Assembly (NCBI GenBank): GCA_964529165.1
Contig: CAZGWG010000003.1
Coordinates: 1-48,945, forward strand
DNA length: 48,945 nucleotides
Origin: an uncultured Sphingobacterium sp.
GTDB taxonomy: Bacteria; Bacteroidota; Bacteroidia; Sphingobacteriales; Sphingobacteriaceae
Reading direction: 5' to 3'
Translations under genes and position numbers: made by a program
Shown here: positions 1 to 9,592 of the stretch, in pieces
Layout of the letters: each line of letters starts with the position of its first letter
Numbering within the stretch: the first letter of the stretch is position 1
The notes under the pieces: model-generated
What the model was told of the DNA's origin: nothing
Database searches by the model: none
Seen by the model: the letters and a program-made list of their open reading frames with translations, nothing else

Positions 1-8
1 AACGAAAT

Positions 9-37
9 TCTATAAACATTTGACTCCTATGGAGTCA
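9..37. repeat. REP-like short hairpin (TCTATAAACATT-TGACTCC-TAT-GGAGTCA)
   Basis: Perfect 7-bp inverted repeat TGACTCC/GGAGTCA at 21-37, preceded by CTATAAACAT. Resembles short extragenic palindromes common in Bacteroidota; single copy here. Confidence 0.4.
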
Positions 38-243
38 TTATGCAATATAAAAGCCAAAGGGATAATTAAGATAAGGGTACACGGTAGCCGCCAGCGGGGG
101 ACAGCGTGACGTCTAAAGACTATTCCTTATCCTGAAATGGATTGACCATAATAGAACCTATAAATCGAAAAATTTAACTTTTTTTGAGTAGTTTAACAAC
201 AGTTGTGTCCACAGGATAGGATAGCTATCGGATTCCTATTCCA

Positions 244-2589
244 TTACTTCACCACAATCTGATCAGTATAAATAGAAAGGGGCTGTCCCGAACGGATATG
301 CCAGGATGGAGTTTTTAACAAACTTTCAGCATGGACTTTAATATAGCGGGCCCTGGCGCCTGTTTTTATTTCTGCCAGGAAGGGCAGGAATGAAATTTTC
401 ATGATTCCGGGATTCTCCAGTGGATTTGGATTATGGGGGTTTCTTATGTTAATCGTTTCGCTGTATTTCTTACCATCCGAAGAAAGTGAATAGCTTACAA
501 ATTTTGGTAAAGCAAACAAATGCCAGTCGGGTTGTGCCTGCGGGTTCAGGAAATCCATATTTATAGTATTTATTTGCATCGCTTCTCCTAGATCAAGAAT
601 GAAATCCATGTGTTCACCGGTACAATAAACCCAGTTCTGATCGGCTTCCTGCCAGGATTCATAGGAGGCGAAAATGCCGTCAGTCAGGCTTTCCAAAGCT
701 TTCGATTTGGGATTCGACTTGCTAATCGGGATGATCTTGTTTTGGAATGATTTAACAGCTTTCATTCCTTCCATATTGTCGAATATCCGTTTATAGGATG
801 CGCGATAATGTTCAGGAGTTCCACTTCTTTCCCGGACAAGTTTAACAGCATTCAGTTTACAGCCATCTGCAAAACTATTGACCAGGGCTTTAAATTCAGG
901 TTTTGGCAAGACCCGCCCGGTACTGTCCTTGCGGAACATACTTCTTTCGGTATTGATTTCTGTCCGGCCTATTTGTATTTCAGCATAAATAAGTGGTAAG
1001 CGGGCAGTTTTTACACGCTTTAATAATTCAGGTTCTGAGGCTACTGCTTTTTCAGCTTCGTCGAAAAGCTGCTTGTATTGCTGCATCATTTCTGCAGATA
1101 AATAGGCATTCTTAGCATGTATCGGATCTCCAAAAATGCTCAGCACCATGCCGCTTTTTATGAGGGATTCCTGCATGCTTTCAATGTATTGCAGGATGAA
1201 CGGAGCGGCCGCTTTGAAATATCCGTTCAGGAATTCACTGATAATAGCTTTGTCATCTGCTTCAGGATTCCACATTAATTTACAAATAAGGTAAGAGCGA
1301 AGCAGGGCCATTTCGGCCGCGGCTTCGTTATTGGCCTGCATGAATAATCCTTTAACCTGGTTCTCTGTATAGAATTTGATATTGGGTTTCAGTGTATACA
1401 GGTTTGGGAAAGGGGATATGAAATTGGTAAACTGTATATTATAATCCCAGATCAGGATATCTTTTGAAAGTGCTCCCCAATCTCTGAGGTCTTTTGAAAA
1501 GGCCGGGTCTGTAACAAAAACCGGAGCCTGTCTTGAACTTTCAATATTGCAAAGCATAATATTAACATTGGGCTCAATTTCAATGTTCTTTGGGGCTTTT
1601 CGTGAATACCAGTATGCCAGGGTTGAAATGGTCTTGTCTGGAATTTCGCGAGCAACCTGATTTACAAAATAAATGATTGAACCACTAGGTACATTTCCGT
1701 ATTTTTCATTTAAAGCTTTACATCCTTCACACTGGCAATACCTGTCGTTGTCATCCTGACTTACCGACCAGTAAGTGGCAGCGGGTTTTTCCTGTATTTT
1801 GTTTTTAAGACTGAAAACAAGTAGTTTCAGTACTTCAGGATTTGAAAGGCATAATTGGGTTCCAGGTTGCCTTTTTCCATCAATCAGTGAATAATATTCG
1901 GGATGGCTTTTGGCATATTCCTGCTGCGGAACCAGGGTATTGAATGTATGCACGAATAATCCCCAGTCGTCTCTTGACGAAAGCTTATGCCAGTCTGAAT
2001 ACTCCTGATCAGCCATTTGGCTGTAGGAAGTGGTTCTGTATTTGATTTTGGGCTCAATGTTCTTATCCGTTCCGGGAGGAGTGAACGTATTAGTTTTCGG
2101 GCGGTCTGCAGTTTCAGGAGAGTACTTTCTAAAGCCCAGACCTTCAAGTATATCGTTAACGCCGAAAAGTAGCCCCCTTTTTGTACCTCCTGCTATGATA
2201 AAATTGTCTCGTTCGGTTTTCAGGATATAACCGGCTTCCGGAAGTCGGCTGAAATTAATTTGCCTGGCTTTGGCATAATCTGTTTGTCCGAGGAAAATAC
2301 CGTTCTTGACAATAGATTTCCCTTCCTCTGCGATTGGAACTTCCCTGACAGATAATTTAGATAAATATTTTTGAAGTTGCAGGGCTGCCTCTTTTTCTAT
2401 TGCATTTGCCTGTAATGGAATAATGATCTGATAGTCTGTAATATCCTGTTGGTTCACCTGCCTGGCTAAAAGACTGTCTTTAAATTCTGCACGCAGTAAA
2501 TCAGGCAGAAAAGTTAACCCCGCTGCCATAATACCTGTGTTCTTTAAAAAACGAAGTCTTGATATGTTCTCTGCCTTATTAGTCCCCAT
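244..2589 (-). CDS. DUF4838-domain protein (glycoside-hydrolase-like), exported
   Basis: 781 aa. Tat-like leader (SRLRFLK + hydrophobic stretch), N-terminal domain typical of GH20/GH67 N-domains, motifs HTF..., QLCLSNP, SQDD...CQCEGC, TLAY, IWDY, and a C-terminal beta-sandwich (ARYIKV). Confidence 0.75.
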   Translation of the reverse strand: MGTNKAENISRLRFLKNTGIMAAGLTFLPDLLRAEFKDSLLARQVNQQDITDYQIIIPLQANAIEKEAALQLQKYLSKLSVREVPIAEEGKSIVKNGIFLGQTDYAKARQINFSRLPEAGYILKTERDNFIIAGGTKRGLLFGVNDILEGLGFRKYSPETADRPKTNTFTPPGTDKNIEPKIKYRTTSYSQMADQEYSDWHKLSSRDDWGLFVHTFNTLVPQQEYAKSHPEYYSLIDGKRQPGTQLCLSNPEVLKLLVFSLKNKIQEKPAATYWSVSQDDNDRYCQCEGCKALNEKYGNVPSGSIIYFVNQVAREIPDKTISTLAYWYSRKAPKNIEIEPNVNIMLCNIESSRQAPVFVTDPAFSKDLRDWGALSKDILIWDYNIQFTNFISPFPNLYTLKPNIKFYTENQVKGLFMQANNEAAAEMALLRSYLICKLMWNPEADDKAIISEFLNGYFKAAAPFILQYIESMQESLIKSGMVLSIFGDPIHAKNAYLSAEMMQQYKQLFDEAEKAVASEPELLKRVKTARLPLIYAEIQIGRTEINTERSMFRKDSTGRVLPKPEFKALVNSFADGCKLNAVKLVRERSGTPEHYRASYKRIFDNMEGMKAVKSFQNKIIPISKSNPKSKALESLTDGIFASYESWQEADQNWVYCTGEHMDFILDLGEAMQINTINMDFLNPQAQPDWHLFALPKFVSYSLSSDGKKYSETINIRNPHNPNPLENPGIMKISFLPFLAEIKTGARARYIKVHAESLLKTPSWHIRSGQPLSIYTDQIVVK

Positions 2590-2746
2590 GTCTGTAATTT
2601 TCTGTTTGTTATTACTAAACCCGATAGTAATCGCCAGCTACTCACTCAACCCAATAGCTATCAGGTGTCAACTCTCCACTCTCAATTCAAGCACTAAGTT
2701 CCCTTCTGCGTTGGGATGACATCCTGCAGTGATTTACTCTCCGTTT

Positions 2747-2795
2747 TCAATTGTCAACTGTCAACTGTCAATTGTCAACTGTCAATTCTCAATTC
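2747..2795. repeat. Tandem heptamer repeat TCAA(C/T)T(G/C) x7
   Basis: TCAATTG TCAACTG TCAACTG TCAATTG TCAACTG TCAATTC TCAATTC, read directly in intergenic DNA. Confidence 0.9.
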
Positions 2796-2807
2796 CCCAC
2801 CCAATAG

Positions 2808-3341
2808 TTATCGGGTCTCTATTCCCCTTAACTGAATTTTGAATTCCGGATTATCAAACACGTTTTTCGAAAACTTATAATTACTGAAGTTATCGATGTC
2901 GATAAAGCCCTCTTTCTCAATGAAATTTCCACTGATTTTTATCTGATCTCCGACTTTTAATCCTTTTATCATATCTTTTTTGCTTTTATCCAACATACTG
3001 CTTAGTACGATCGATTTTTGAAAAGATTTATTCGAAGGATCAAGAGGAATGCTGAAGTTAACCTCAAGGAAAGCAGGTTTTTCAATAATCTCCACGAGGT
3101 TTACCTGCCAGAAGTCAAACTTTAAAGACAGGCTATCTTTGACGTAGGCTTTAGTAGAAATCACTCCATTGTCGAGCAATATACTCCGCTTAGCTTTGTC
3201 TTCTCCTGATGTATTTACAGCATCCCGGATTGTTTTGACATAATTCACAAATCTGATCTGATCATCAGGTCCCAGTAGTTCTGCATTTTGTCCGCAGGAA
3301 GCTAGAAGGAGAAGCATTCCTGCAATAATGAAATTTCTCAT
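2808..3341 (-). CDS. Hypothetical lipoprotein (possible OB-fold C-terminus)
   Basis: 177 aa. Lipobox LLLASC after a short signal; LKVGDQIKISGNF resembles an OB-fold strand. Confidence 0.7.
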   Translation of the reverse strand: MRNFIIAGMLLLLASCGQNAELLGPDDQIRFVNYVKTIRDAVNTSGEDKAKRSILLDNGVISTKAYVKDSLSLKFDFWQVNLVEIIEKPAFLEVNFSIPLDPSNKSFQKSIVLSSMLDKSKKDMIKGLKVGDQIKISGNFIEKEGFIDIDNFSNYKFSKNVFDNPEFKIQLRGIETR

Positions 3342-3394
3342 ATTTTTTATTATTCAATACCCAAAAACATTTCGGTAGGGTAAATCAGGTAAAA

Positions 3395-3649
3395 TTAAAT
3401 GTAGCCAATGGCTCTGAAAATTCCAATAATTCCAACAAGTATCCAGAATACATTCAAAAGAGTATAAGCACGGTCCTTTTTGAGTATCGCGCACCAGGAA
3501 AGCAGAATTGCATCAATGGTATTGAAGAACCAAACAAAAAGAAATGGACTATCGGGACCTAACCAGCTCACCAGGGTAAAGCTGAAAATCCGCATGATAA
3601 CCCCGAGCATTTCAACAGTCTTTATGTTTCGCAGTATAAATTGATTCAT
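3395..3649 (-). CDS. Small membrane protein (CBU_0592-like, about 3 TM)
   Basis: 84 aa, hydrophobic, with the pattern LLNVFWILVGIIGI. Co-oriented with its neighbours with short gaps. Confidence 0.65.
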   Translation of the reverse strand: MNQFILRNIKTVEMLGVIMRIFSFTLVSWLGPDSPFLFVWFFNTIDAILLSWCAILKKDRAYTLLNVFWILVGIIGIFRAIGYI

Positions 3650-3695
3650 ACTGAGTTGTTATTAAGCAATTGCTGTGTTTTATTAAACCCGGGCA

Positions 3696-4157
3696 TTATT
3701 TTGATTTTAAGGTGAAGGAACTGGTTATTGAAATGCAGGAGTTTCTTGAAAGTGAATGCACCCCGATTATTGTACGGGTATGTATACCTGCTTCTCCAAG
3801 GATCTCATTAAAGAGATCAGAAGCTCCGTTGGCAACAGCCGGGCCATCATTCCAATTCTCTTTATTTTGAAAATAGATATCAAGATGATTGAGGCCTTCT
3901 ATATTTTCAAATCCAATGAATTTCTGGATCTGTCCGATGATATTCCTGGCACAGATTCCTGCAGCTTCATAGCCCTGTTCCGTGCTGATCTCCTCACCTA
4001 GGCGGCCGGCATGCTGAAGTTGTCCGTTTTTTATCGGGAACTGAATTGCAACATAAGCAATATTTCCGCGGGTATTGACGGCGGTATAGGAGCCACCAGG
4101 TTTAGGTAACTTCTCAAGATCAATATTTAATGCATTTACTTTTTGTACGATATCCAT
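3696..4157 (-). CDS. RidA/YjgF family protein
   Basis: 153 aa. PKPGGSY, GRLGEEISTEQGYEAA, ANGASDL and GIHTRTIIGV are typical of the longer YjgF/Rid subfamily. Confidence 0.85.
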   Translation of the reverse strand: MDIVQKVNALNIDLEKLPKPGGSYTAVNTRGNIAYVAIQFPIKNGQLQHAGRLGEEISTEQGYEAAGICARNIIGQIQKFIGFENIEGLNHLDIYFQNKENWNDGPAVANGASDLFNEILGEAGIHTRTIIGVHSLSRNSCISITSSFTLKSK

Positions 4158-4239
4158 AGGTCTTTTAATTTTTCAGAGGCTAAATTACGCATGAAATTGG
4201 AAATGAACCAGCTTAATTTTGTTCCTGAAGAAAATAGAA

Positions 4240-6633
4240 TTATTCCGGCTTCAGCAGTGTCTTATTCACACTGATCTTTTCAATCTTATCCCTTGAATAA
4301 TAAATCGGGAAATGCTGGTCTTTGGCCCATGGTTCAAAAAGGTTTCTGTAAAAAGGACTTGCCGGATCGCCTGATTGCCCCGGACCATTGGTCGCTACTG
4401 CAGCATCCCAATCGCCTGTATTTACGATGATCCGGAAAGAGGCACCGGCACTCTGGCGTAAATTTCCGCTGGTTGACCCTGGCGTATCTCCATAACCGCC
4501 ACGGGGCAGGGGACCGAGGTCTAAGCTTGCCTTTATGCTGTCTTTTACGAGATGTCCCAATGCATGGGCCATATAGGTGTGTTTATATTTTGCCTGTCCG
4601 TATTGCCATTTATTCATATCAGAGCCTAGTTTTTCATGCAAATCAGCCAGCCCAGCCATAAAAGTATTGTATATAAACTCATTTCGTCCAAGTATAGGAT
4701 CGCTGCCAAACTTTTTATCAGGGTTCATGATCCAATCAACCACCTTACTGGTTTGCAAACTGATTAAACCTTTAGCGGAAGCCGGAATAAATCGTTCAGC
4801 AGCTTGTACTTTGATCTGATTTTCCCAGGCAACATATATTGCAGCTTCAATGGAGTTCGGACTCAGTTTAAAGTCCCAGTTTTTCAACATTTCTCTTGCC
4901 TTAAATGCATTTCTTTCTAAAAAAGTGTAATTGTTAAGCAGGGGAGTAATTGTTCTGGCCGGAATAGACAGATAATCAACCTGCAGGGCTTTCATATCAT
5001 CCATTGTTAATTTTTTATCAGTTGCCAAAACCTCATTAATACGGTTTCCCCGGTAGGGATCGGCCCAGGCATATCCTGTCGCATCCCAGCGATTAAAGTT
5101 CTCAGGTGTAAGATTCTGGTTTGCAGTAGCAAAAAAGCCTTTTGAGGGATTATAGGTATTCGGACGTTCTTTTATTGGCAAACGACCATCCCATTCATAA
5201 CGGCCATCGCCGGTGACAGGAACAAGTCCACTAAAGTTCTTGCGTATCGGCTGGTAACCAACTACCTGCCAGCCAATATTTCCTTTCTTATCAGCCCATA
5301 CCATGTTCAGGCTTGGAATATGACTGTAAGAGCAGGCTTCACGAAATTCTTCCCAGCTTTTTGCCTGGTCCATTCTTAAGGAAGCCAGATATGGTGCTGC
5401 ACCCGGTTCAAGCCATCCGCAACGTACTGCATAGGCTTTTTTATTCAAACTGTCTACATAGCTTACCGGGCCATGGCGGGTATAAAGTAAATCGGTTATT
5501 ACCTCAGACTTTCCTTTTACCTTAATTCTTTCCTGAATAACTTTCATGTCCTCCCATTTTCCCTGATATTTATACTGTCGCAGATTTTTGGGATTCAAAT
5601 CATAAACATAGAGATCTTCACTATCGGTACCGAAAATGGTCAGTCCCCATGCACCGTATTCATTATGTCCTATTGAAATGCCCGGAATTTCCGGTTCTCC
5701 ACCACCTGCTACATTCCATCCTGGAGCCACAAGGTGACTCATGTAACGAAGGGATGGAACCGAAATCGTACGGTGCGGATCATTGGCCATGAATGCGGCT
5801 CCATCGGCCATTTTATTGGCTCCCACTACCCAGTTATTGCTGCCTATAGAAAGTTTATCTTCCATTGATTCATCAGGCGGAAGCATGTTCAGACTGGCTG
5901 TTTGTTTCTTATCTCCGCGATATTCCACCTGAATATCTTCGGGTTCGAATTTTACGGTCGCCCGGAAAGCATCATACAATTCCAGGATATTATCAAATAA
6001 TAGATCTTTATTAATTGCCGGATCAAGATCTATATCAGGAACCTGCGGATGAAAGGAGGATAGCTCCTTTACTTTTTCAGATCCCAGCCGGGCTACTGCA
6101 CGGCCTGTCTTTAGTTCTGTACCTATATTCCCTAAAAGGCCCTGATGCCGGGATATGACTACCTCTGGTGTCCATTTACCTGGTCTAATGTTTAGCAATT
6201 TGAACTCAATTGGCAGTTGATCAGGTGTTTTAAGAATTTCATCGATGTAGGCGTTCACCCCATCGCTATAGGCGGTAATGATCTCTTCACCATCTTTATG
6301 ATAATGGTTCATTTCCTGTTTCATATCCCCTCTGAATTTAAATAAGCGGGCACCAATATCCCGTTTTACTTCCCGTTCTCCGAGGATTTCTGCGACGGTG
6401 CCGGTAGCCTGTCTTCTCCATATTTCGAATTGAAACAGACGGTCCTTAGCTGCTGCATATCCCTGTGCAAAGAATAAATCATGCTGATTTTTCGCGTAAA
6501 TATGATTCACTCCCCATTCATCTCTGATAATTTCGACCGGTTCCTTTAGACCTTTGACAGATAGATTATCATAACCAGATTTGTTGCAGGAAATAAGAAA
6601 GGTTGTGAAAAGGATGCTTAGTAAAAACCTCAT
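4240..6633 (-). CDS. Penicillin acylase family (Ntn hydrolase), lipoprotein
   Basis: IIRDEWGVNHIYA, FAQGY..AKDRLFQ, catalytic GSNNW, ANDPH and GQSG motifs. Start reassigned to ATG 6633 (MRFLLSILFTTFLISC, lipobox); the upstream ORF extension overlaps other genes. Confidence 0.9.
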   Translation of the reverse strand: MRFLLSILFTTFLISCNKSGYDNLSVKGLKEPVEIIRDEWGVNHIYAKNQHDLFFAQGYAAAKDRLFQFEIWRRQATGTVAEILGEREVKRDIGARLFKFRGDMKQEMNHYHKDGEEIITAYSDGVNAYIDEILKTPDQLPIEFKLLNIRPGKWTPEVVISRHQGLLGNIGTELKTGRAVARLGSEKVKELSSFHPQVPDIDLDPAINKDLLFDNILELYDAFRATVKFEPEDIQVEYRGDKKQTASLNMLPPDESMEDKLSIGSNNWVVGANKMADGAAFMANDPHRTISVPSLRYMSHLVAPGWNVAGGGEPEIPGISIGHNEYGAWGLTIFGTDSEDLYVYDLNPKNLRQYKYQGKWEDMKVIQERIKVKGKSEVITDLLYTRHGPVSYVDSLNKKAYAVRCGWLEPGAAPYLASLRMDQAKSWEEFREACSYSHIPSLNMVWADKKGNIGWQVVGYQPIRKNFSGLVPVTGDGRYEWDGRLPIKERPNTYNPSKGFFATANQNLTPENFNRWDATGYAWADPYRGNRINEVLATDKKLTMDDMKALQVDYLSIPARTITPLLNNYTFLERNAFKAREMLKNWDFKLSPNSIEAAIYVAWENQIKVQAAERFIPASAKGLISLQTSKVVDWIMNPDKKFGSDPILGRNEFIYNTFMAGLADLHEKLGSDMNKWQYGQAKYKHTYMAHALGHLVKDSIKASLDLGPLPRGGYGDTPGSTSGNLRQSAGASFRIIVNTGDWDAAVATNGPGQSGDPASPFYRNLFEPWAKDQHFPIYYSRDKIEKISVNKTLLKPE

Positions 6634-6763
6634 TGAGTTATAGTTAAATTGTGTGAATGAACTTTGGGAATGAATAGCCATAGTTTTAAGATTAGTGATT
6701 ATCAGGTTTTGCAAACTTCTCTGAATATCAGTATTTTGGAGGATAGTAGCAAAAGATAAGGGT

Positions 6764-6964
6764 ATGAATGATTTCAACAGGCGGAATGATGAGTTTTGGA
6801 AATGGGGGATTATGTATAATAATCCTGGTGATCCTGCTATTTGGGTAGAGAAACGTATTGGTATCGGCTGGACCTTGAATTTTGCGCATAAAGAATCTCT
6901 GGTTATTGTTGGGATAATTTTTGCTATTCCTGTTTGTTTATTGGTTTTTACGATTTTTGGATAG
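6764..6964 (+). CDS. Stand-alone DUF5808-domain small membrane protein
   Basis: 66 aa with WKWGIMYNNPGDPAIWVEKRIGIGWTLNFAH, the signature of this family, followed by one TM helix. Confidence 0.8.
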   Translation: MNDFNRRNDEFWKWGIMYNNPGDPAIWVEKRIGIGWTLNFAHKESLVIVGIIFAIPVCLLVFTIFG

Positions 6965-6978
6965 GGGGGGTGGTTGGT

Positions 6979-7015
6979 TGTCATTGCGATCCGCCCAGAG
7001 CGGAGAAGTAATCTC
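6979..7015. repeat. REP-like element (TGTCATTGCGA...GAAGTAATCTC)
   Basis: Matches the widespread GTCATTGCGA-Nx-GAAGCAATCTC extragenic repeat pattern, with an internal TCCGC/GCGGA stem. Confidence 0.55.
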
Positions 7016-7143
7016 CTTACTAATATTGCCAATTCATAGGGTTGCTTAGTTATTTGCTCTATCTTTTTATTAATTTGTTCTCTGTACAAATTATTTCTCC
7101 TAAAATGACTGGAGGAGTTAGTTCTCTTTTTCAATCCCTTTTT

Positions 7144-8340
7144 ATGAAAAAAATAAGATCATTAGCGGCCTTGGCAATTTGTGTTTTTGCTCTATGCTTC
7201 GTTAGCAATAGCAGAGCGAATTTCCCGGATCAGGCATTCAGCAAGGACAGCATCCCCGGAGTTCAAAAGATCAAAGACATTATGATCTATGAAGACCCTC
7301 AATTCTATTCCTCATTTCCATCGATTGTAAAACGCCCGAACGGGGAATTGTTATTGGCTTTCAGACGGGCACCCGACCGCAAGGTATTTGGTGAAGACCA
7401 TACCAATCATGTGGATCCCAACAGTTACCTGGTTTCTCTAAGATCAAAGGATGGCGAGAATTGGTCAAAGAATCCGGAACTGATCTATGCACACCCATTT
7501 GGCGGATCTCAGGATCCTTGTTTACTGCAATTGCGCGACGGCACTTTATTGTGTACGAGTTATGGCTGGGCCTTTCTCAGGCCTGATGGTATGGCAAATC
7601 TTAAAAAACCTCATTTCCTTGCCGGGGGTGCGGTGTTTTTAGGGGGCTATCTGGTACGTTCAAAAGATGGCGGCAAAAACTGGGAGCAGCCGATCTATCC
7701 ACCACATATTGAGCCTGAGATTAATATTAATCCAATGGGTGATCCTGTCCCGGCCTACAATCGTGGTGCCCTCTATGAAGGCAAGAGCGGAAGAATCTTC
7801 TGGGCGGTGGCAGCAAGCCATGCTCCGGGAAAAACTTCTGTTCATCTGATCAATTCTGACGATAAGGGTCAGACCTGGAATTACTCATCTCCGGTAGCTG
7901 TCGATGATAAAATTTCATTCAATGAAACCTCAGTTTATGAAACTCCAAAAGGGGATATTCTCGCATTCCTCAGGACAGCTGGCTACGAAGATCAGGCTTG
8001 TATTGCCCGTTCAACAGATGGTGGCAAAACTTTCAGCAAATGGGAGGGTATGGGATTTAAGGGGCATCCAATGAATGCCCTGCGACTTCCGGATAAGCGG
8101 GTGCTGATCACCTATGGCTACCGCCACAAGCCCTTTGGAATCCGTGCCCGGATTCTGAATGAAGAGTGTACCGATTTTAAAACTGCTCCTGAGATTATTC
8201 TGCGTGAAGATGGCGGGAGTGGCGATCTTGGTTATACCTGGCCGGTACAATTAGACAAGAAGCGGGTTCTGGTTGTTTATTATTTTAATAAGGATAATGG
8301 CACGAGATCGATTCAGGGAACGATCTTAAAATTGGATTGA
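7144..8340 (+). CDS. Sialidase/BNR-repeat family protein, secreted
   Basis: Four Asp-box motifs (RSKDGENW, RSKDGGKNW, NSDDKGQTW, RSTDGGKTF) and DLGY near the C-terminus. ATG 7144 gives a signal peptide (MKKIRSLAAL...). Confidence 0.8.
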   Translation: MKKIRSLAALAICVFALCFVSNSRANFPDQAFSKDSIPGVQKIKDIMIYEDPQFYSSFPSIVKRPNGELLLAFRRAPDRKVFGEDHTNHVDPNSYLVSLRSKDGENWSKNPELIYAHPFGGSQDPCLLQLRDGTLLCTSYGWAFLRPDGMANLKKPHFLAGGAVFLGGYLVRSKDGGKNWEQPIYPPHIEPEININPMGDPVPAYNRGALYEGKSGRIFWAVAASHAPGKTSVHLINSDDKGQTWNYSSPVAVDDKISFNETSVYETPKGDILAFLRTAGYEDQACIARSTDGGKTFSKWEGMGFKGHPMNALRLPDKRVLITYGYRHKPFGIRARILNEECTDFKTAPEIILREDGGSGDLGYTWPVQLDKKRVLVVYYFNKDNGTRSIQGTILKLD

Positions 8341-8367
8341 TTTTAAGCTTGTTTGGGTAATTTGAAG

Positions 8368-8639
8368 GGAGGTTCCAGCTTTCGCTGGAATGACAAGTGT
8401 TGTTGGGGGTAAGGAGATTCCAGCCTTCCTGGAATCGAAATGCGGAAGCGCACAATAAGTGATGTTTCCTTTTACTCATTTTTTATCCTTGCGGAAGTTT
8501 TTTTTGTTTAAAAACTCCGATTCCAGCGAAAGCTGGAATCTCCCTATATCCACTCCTGATATGTCATCCGATAGCTATCGGATCCAGCGAAAGCTGGAAC
8601 CTCCTTCAAGATTTGTTATTCCTGAAAGCTGGAACCTCC
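8368..8639. repeat. Cluster of five REP-like palindromes TTCCAGCGAAAGCTGGAA(T/C)CTCC
   Basis: Copies at about 8368-8396 and 8413-8436 (one orientation) and 8519-8544, 8583-8604 and 8613-8639 (opposite orientation), between convergent genes. Includes the perfect palindrome ATCCGATAGCTATCGGAT at 8566-8583. Confidence 0.85.
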
Positions 8640-8654
8640 AGATCAGACCCCCGA

Positions 8655-9572
8655 TTACTTAAACTTATCAGCTTCCCGATAAGCTTTGATCAGTGCCAGC
8701 TCTCCTTCTTTACCAGGCATTGCATTTCCATGCTCCATACCAAGAACGCCCTTAAAGCCTTTACTATCGATGTATTTGAAGACATTACGATAATTGATCT
8801 CGCCGGTTCCCGGTTCTTTTCTTCCCGGATTATCACCGATCTGAATGTAGGCGATTTCATCCCAGCATTTCTCCATGTTTGTGATCAGATTGCCTTCATT
8901 TTTCTGCATATGGTAAATATCATAGAGAATCTTACAGGAAGGACTCTTTACACCTTTACAGATCAGATGGGTTTGGTCGGAATGGCGCAGAAATAGGTTA
9001 GGGGTATCACTGAGCGGTTCCAGTACCATAATCAATCCATGAGGCTCCAGAATTTCGGCACCACGTCTCAATGCCTCGATCACATTTCCGGTTTGTATGC
9101 CAATAGGAAGAGCGCGTTCAAAATCACCGGGGACTACTGTTGCCCATTTCGCGTTTACCCGCTTGGCTACCTCAACTGCTTGACGGCATCCGTTTAAAAA
9201 GATGTCGATGTATTCTTTTTTACCTGCTGCAAGGGTATTTGCACCATTTCCGCCTTTATCAACCACGAATACGCCCATGGTCATGTTTAATTTGGCAAGC
9301 GTATTTCCTATTTCTTCCTGCAAGGCTACCGGGCGTTTCATTAGGCCATTATCTTCAATGCTTCTGAATCCCTGGTCATGCATGAATTTGATCTGGTCAA
9401 TAAAATTTTCTCCGGCATGGGCGGCAAACATACCGGCATGTGGTGCGTAATCCAGGTTGAAGTTTTTTTCTGCTTTGTCAACCGCTGGAATATTTGCAGC
9501 CAGAGCGGATTTACCAAGGGTAGCACCAAATCCGAGTATTACGCTGCTTTTTATAAATTCACTTCGTTTCAT
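8655..9572 (-). CDS. Hydroxypyruvate isomerase-like / xylose-isomerase-like TIM barrel protein, exported
   Basis: LEPL, LYDIYHMQ, QIGDNPGRKEPGTGEINY and GMEH motifs. Start ATG 9572 with a Tat-like leader (MKRSEFIK). Confidence 0.85.
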   Translation of the reverse strand: MKRSEFIKSSVILGFGATLGKSALAANIPAVDKAEKNFNLDYAPHAGMFAAHAGENFIDQIKFMHDQGFRSIEDNGLMKRPVALQEEIGNTLAKLNMTMGVFVVDKGGNGANTLAAGKKEYIDIFLNGCRQAVEVAKRVNAKWATVVPGDFERALPIGIQTGNVIEALRRGAEILEPHGLIMVLEPLSDTPNLFLRHSDQTHLICKGVKSPSCKILYDIYHMQKNEGNLITNMEKCWDEIAYIQIGDNPGRKEPGTGEINYRNVFKYIDSKGFKGVLGMEHGNAMPGKEGELALIKAYREADKFK

Positions 9573-9592
9573 TGTTTCTATTTTTTTGCTTC

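Noticed and set aside
55-135. GC-rich patch possibly forming a structured RNA
   Set aside because: Pairing is weak and no known RNA family is recognisable; context is truncated by the window edge.
6634-7134. N-terminal 167-aa extension of the 964-aa acylase ORF
   Set aside because: Overlaps the DUF5808 gene and a REP element on the other strand; a clean lipoprotein signal begins at ATG 6633.
8368-8639. Possible CRISPR array
   Set aside because: Units are in both orientations, irregularly spaced and degenerate, with no cas genes; REP-like instead.
8285-8996. Short ORFs with repeated SESWNL peptides (64, 67, 127 aa)
   Set aside because: Translations of the REP units or antisense to the TIM-barrel gene.
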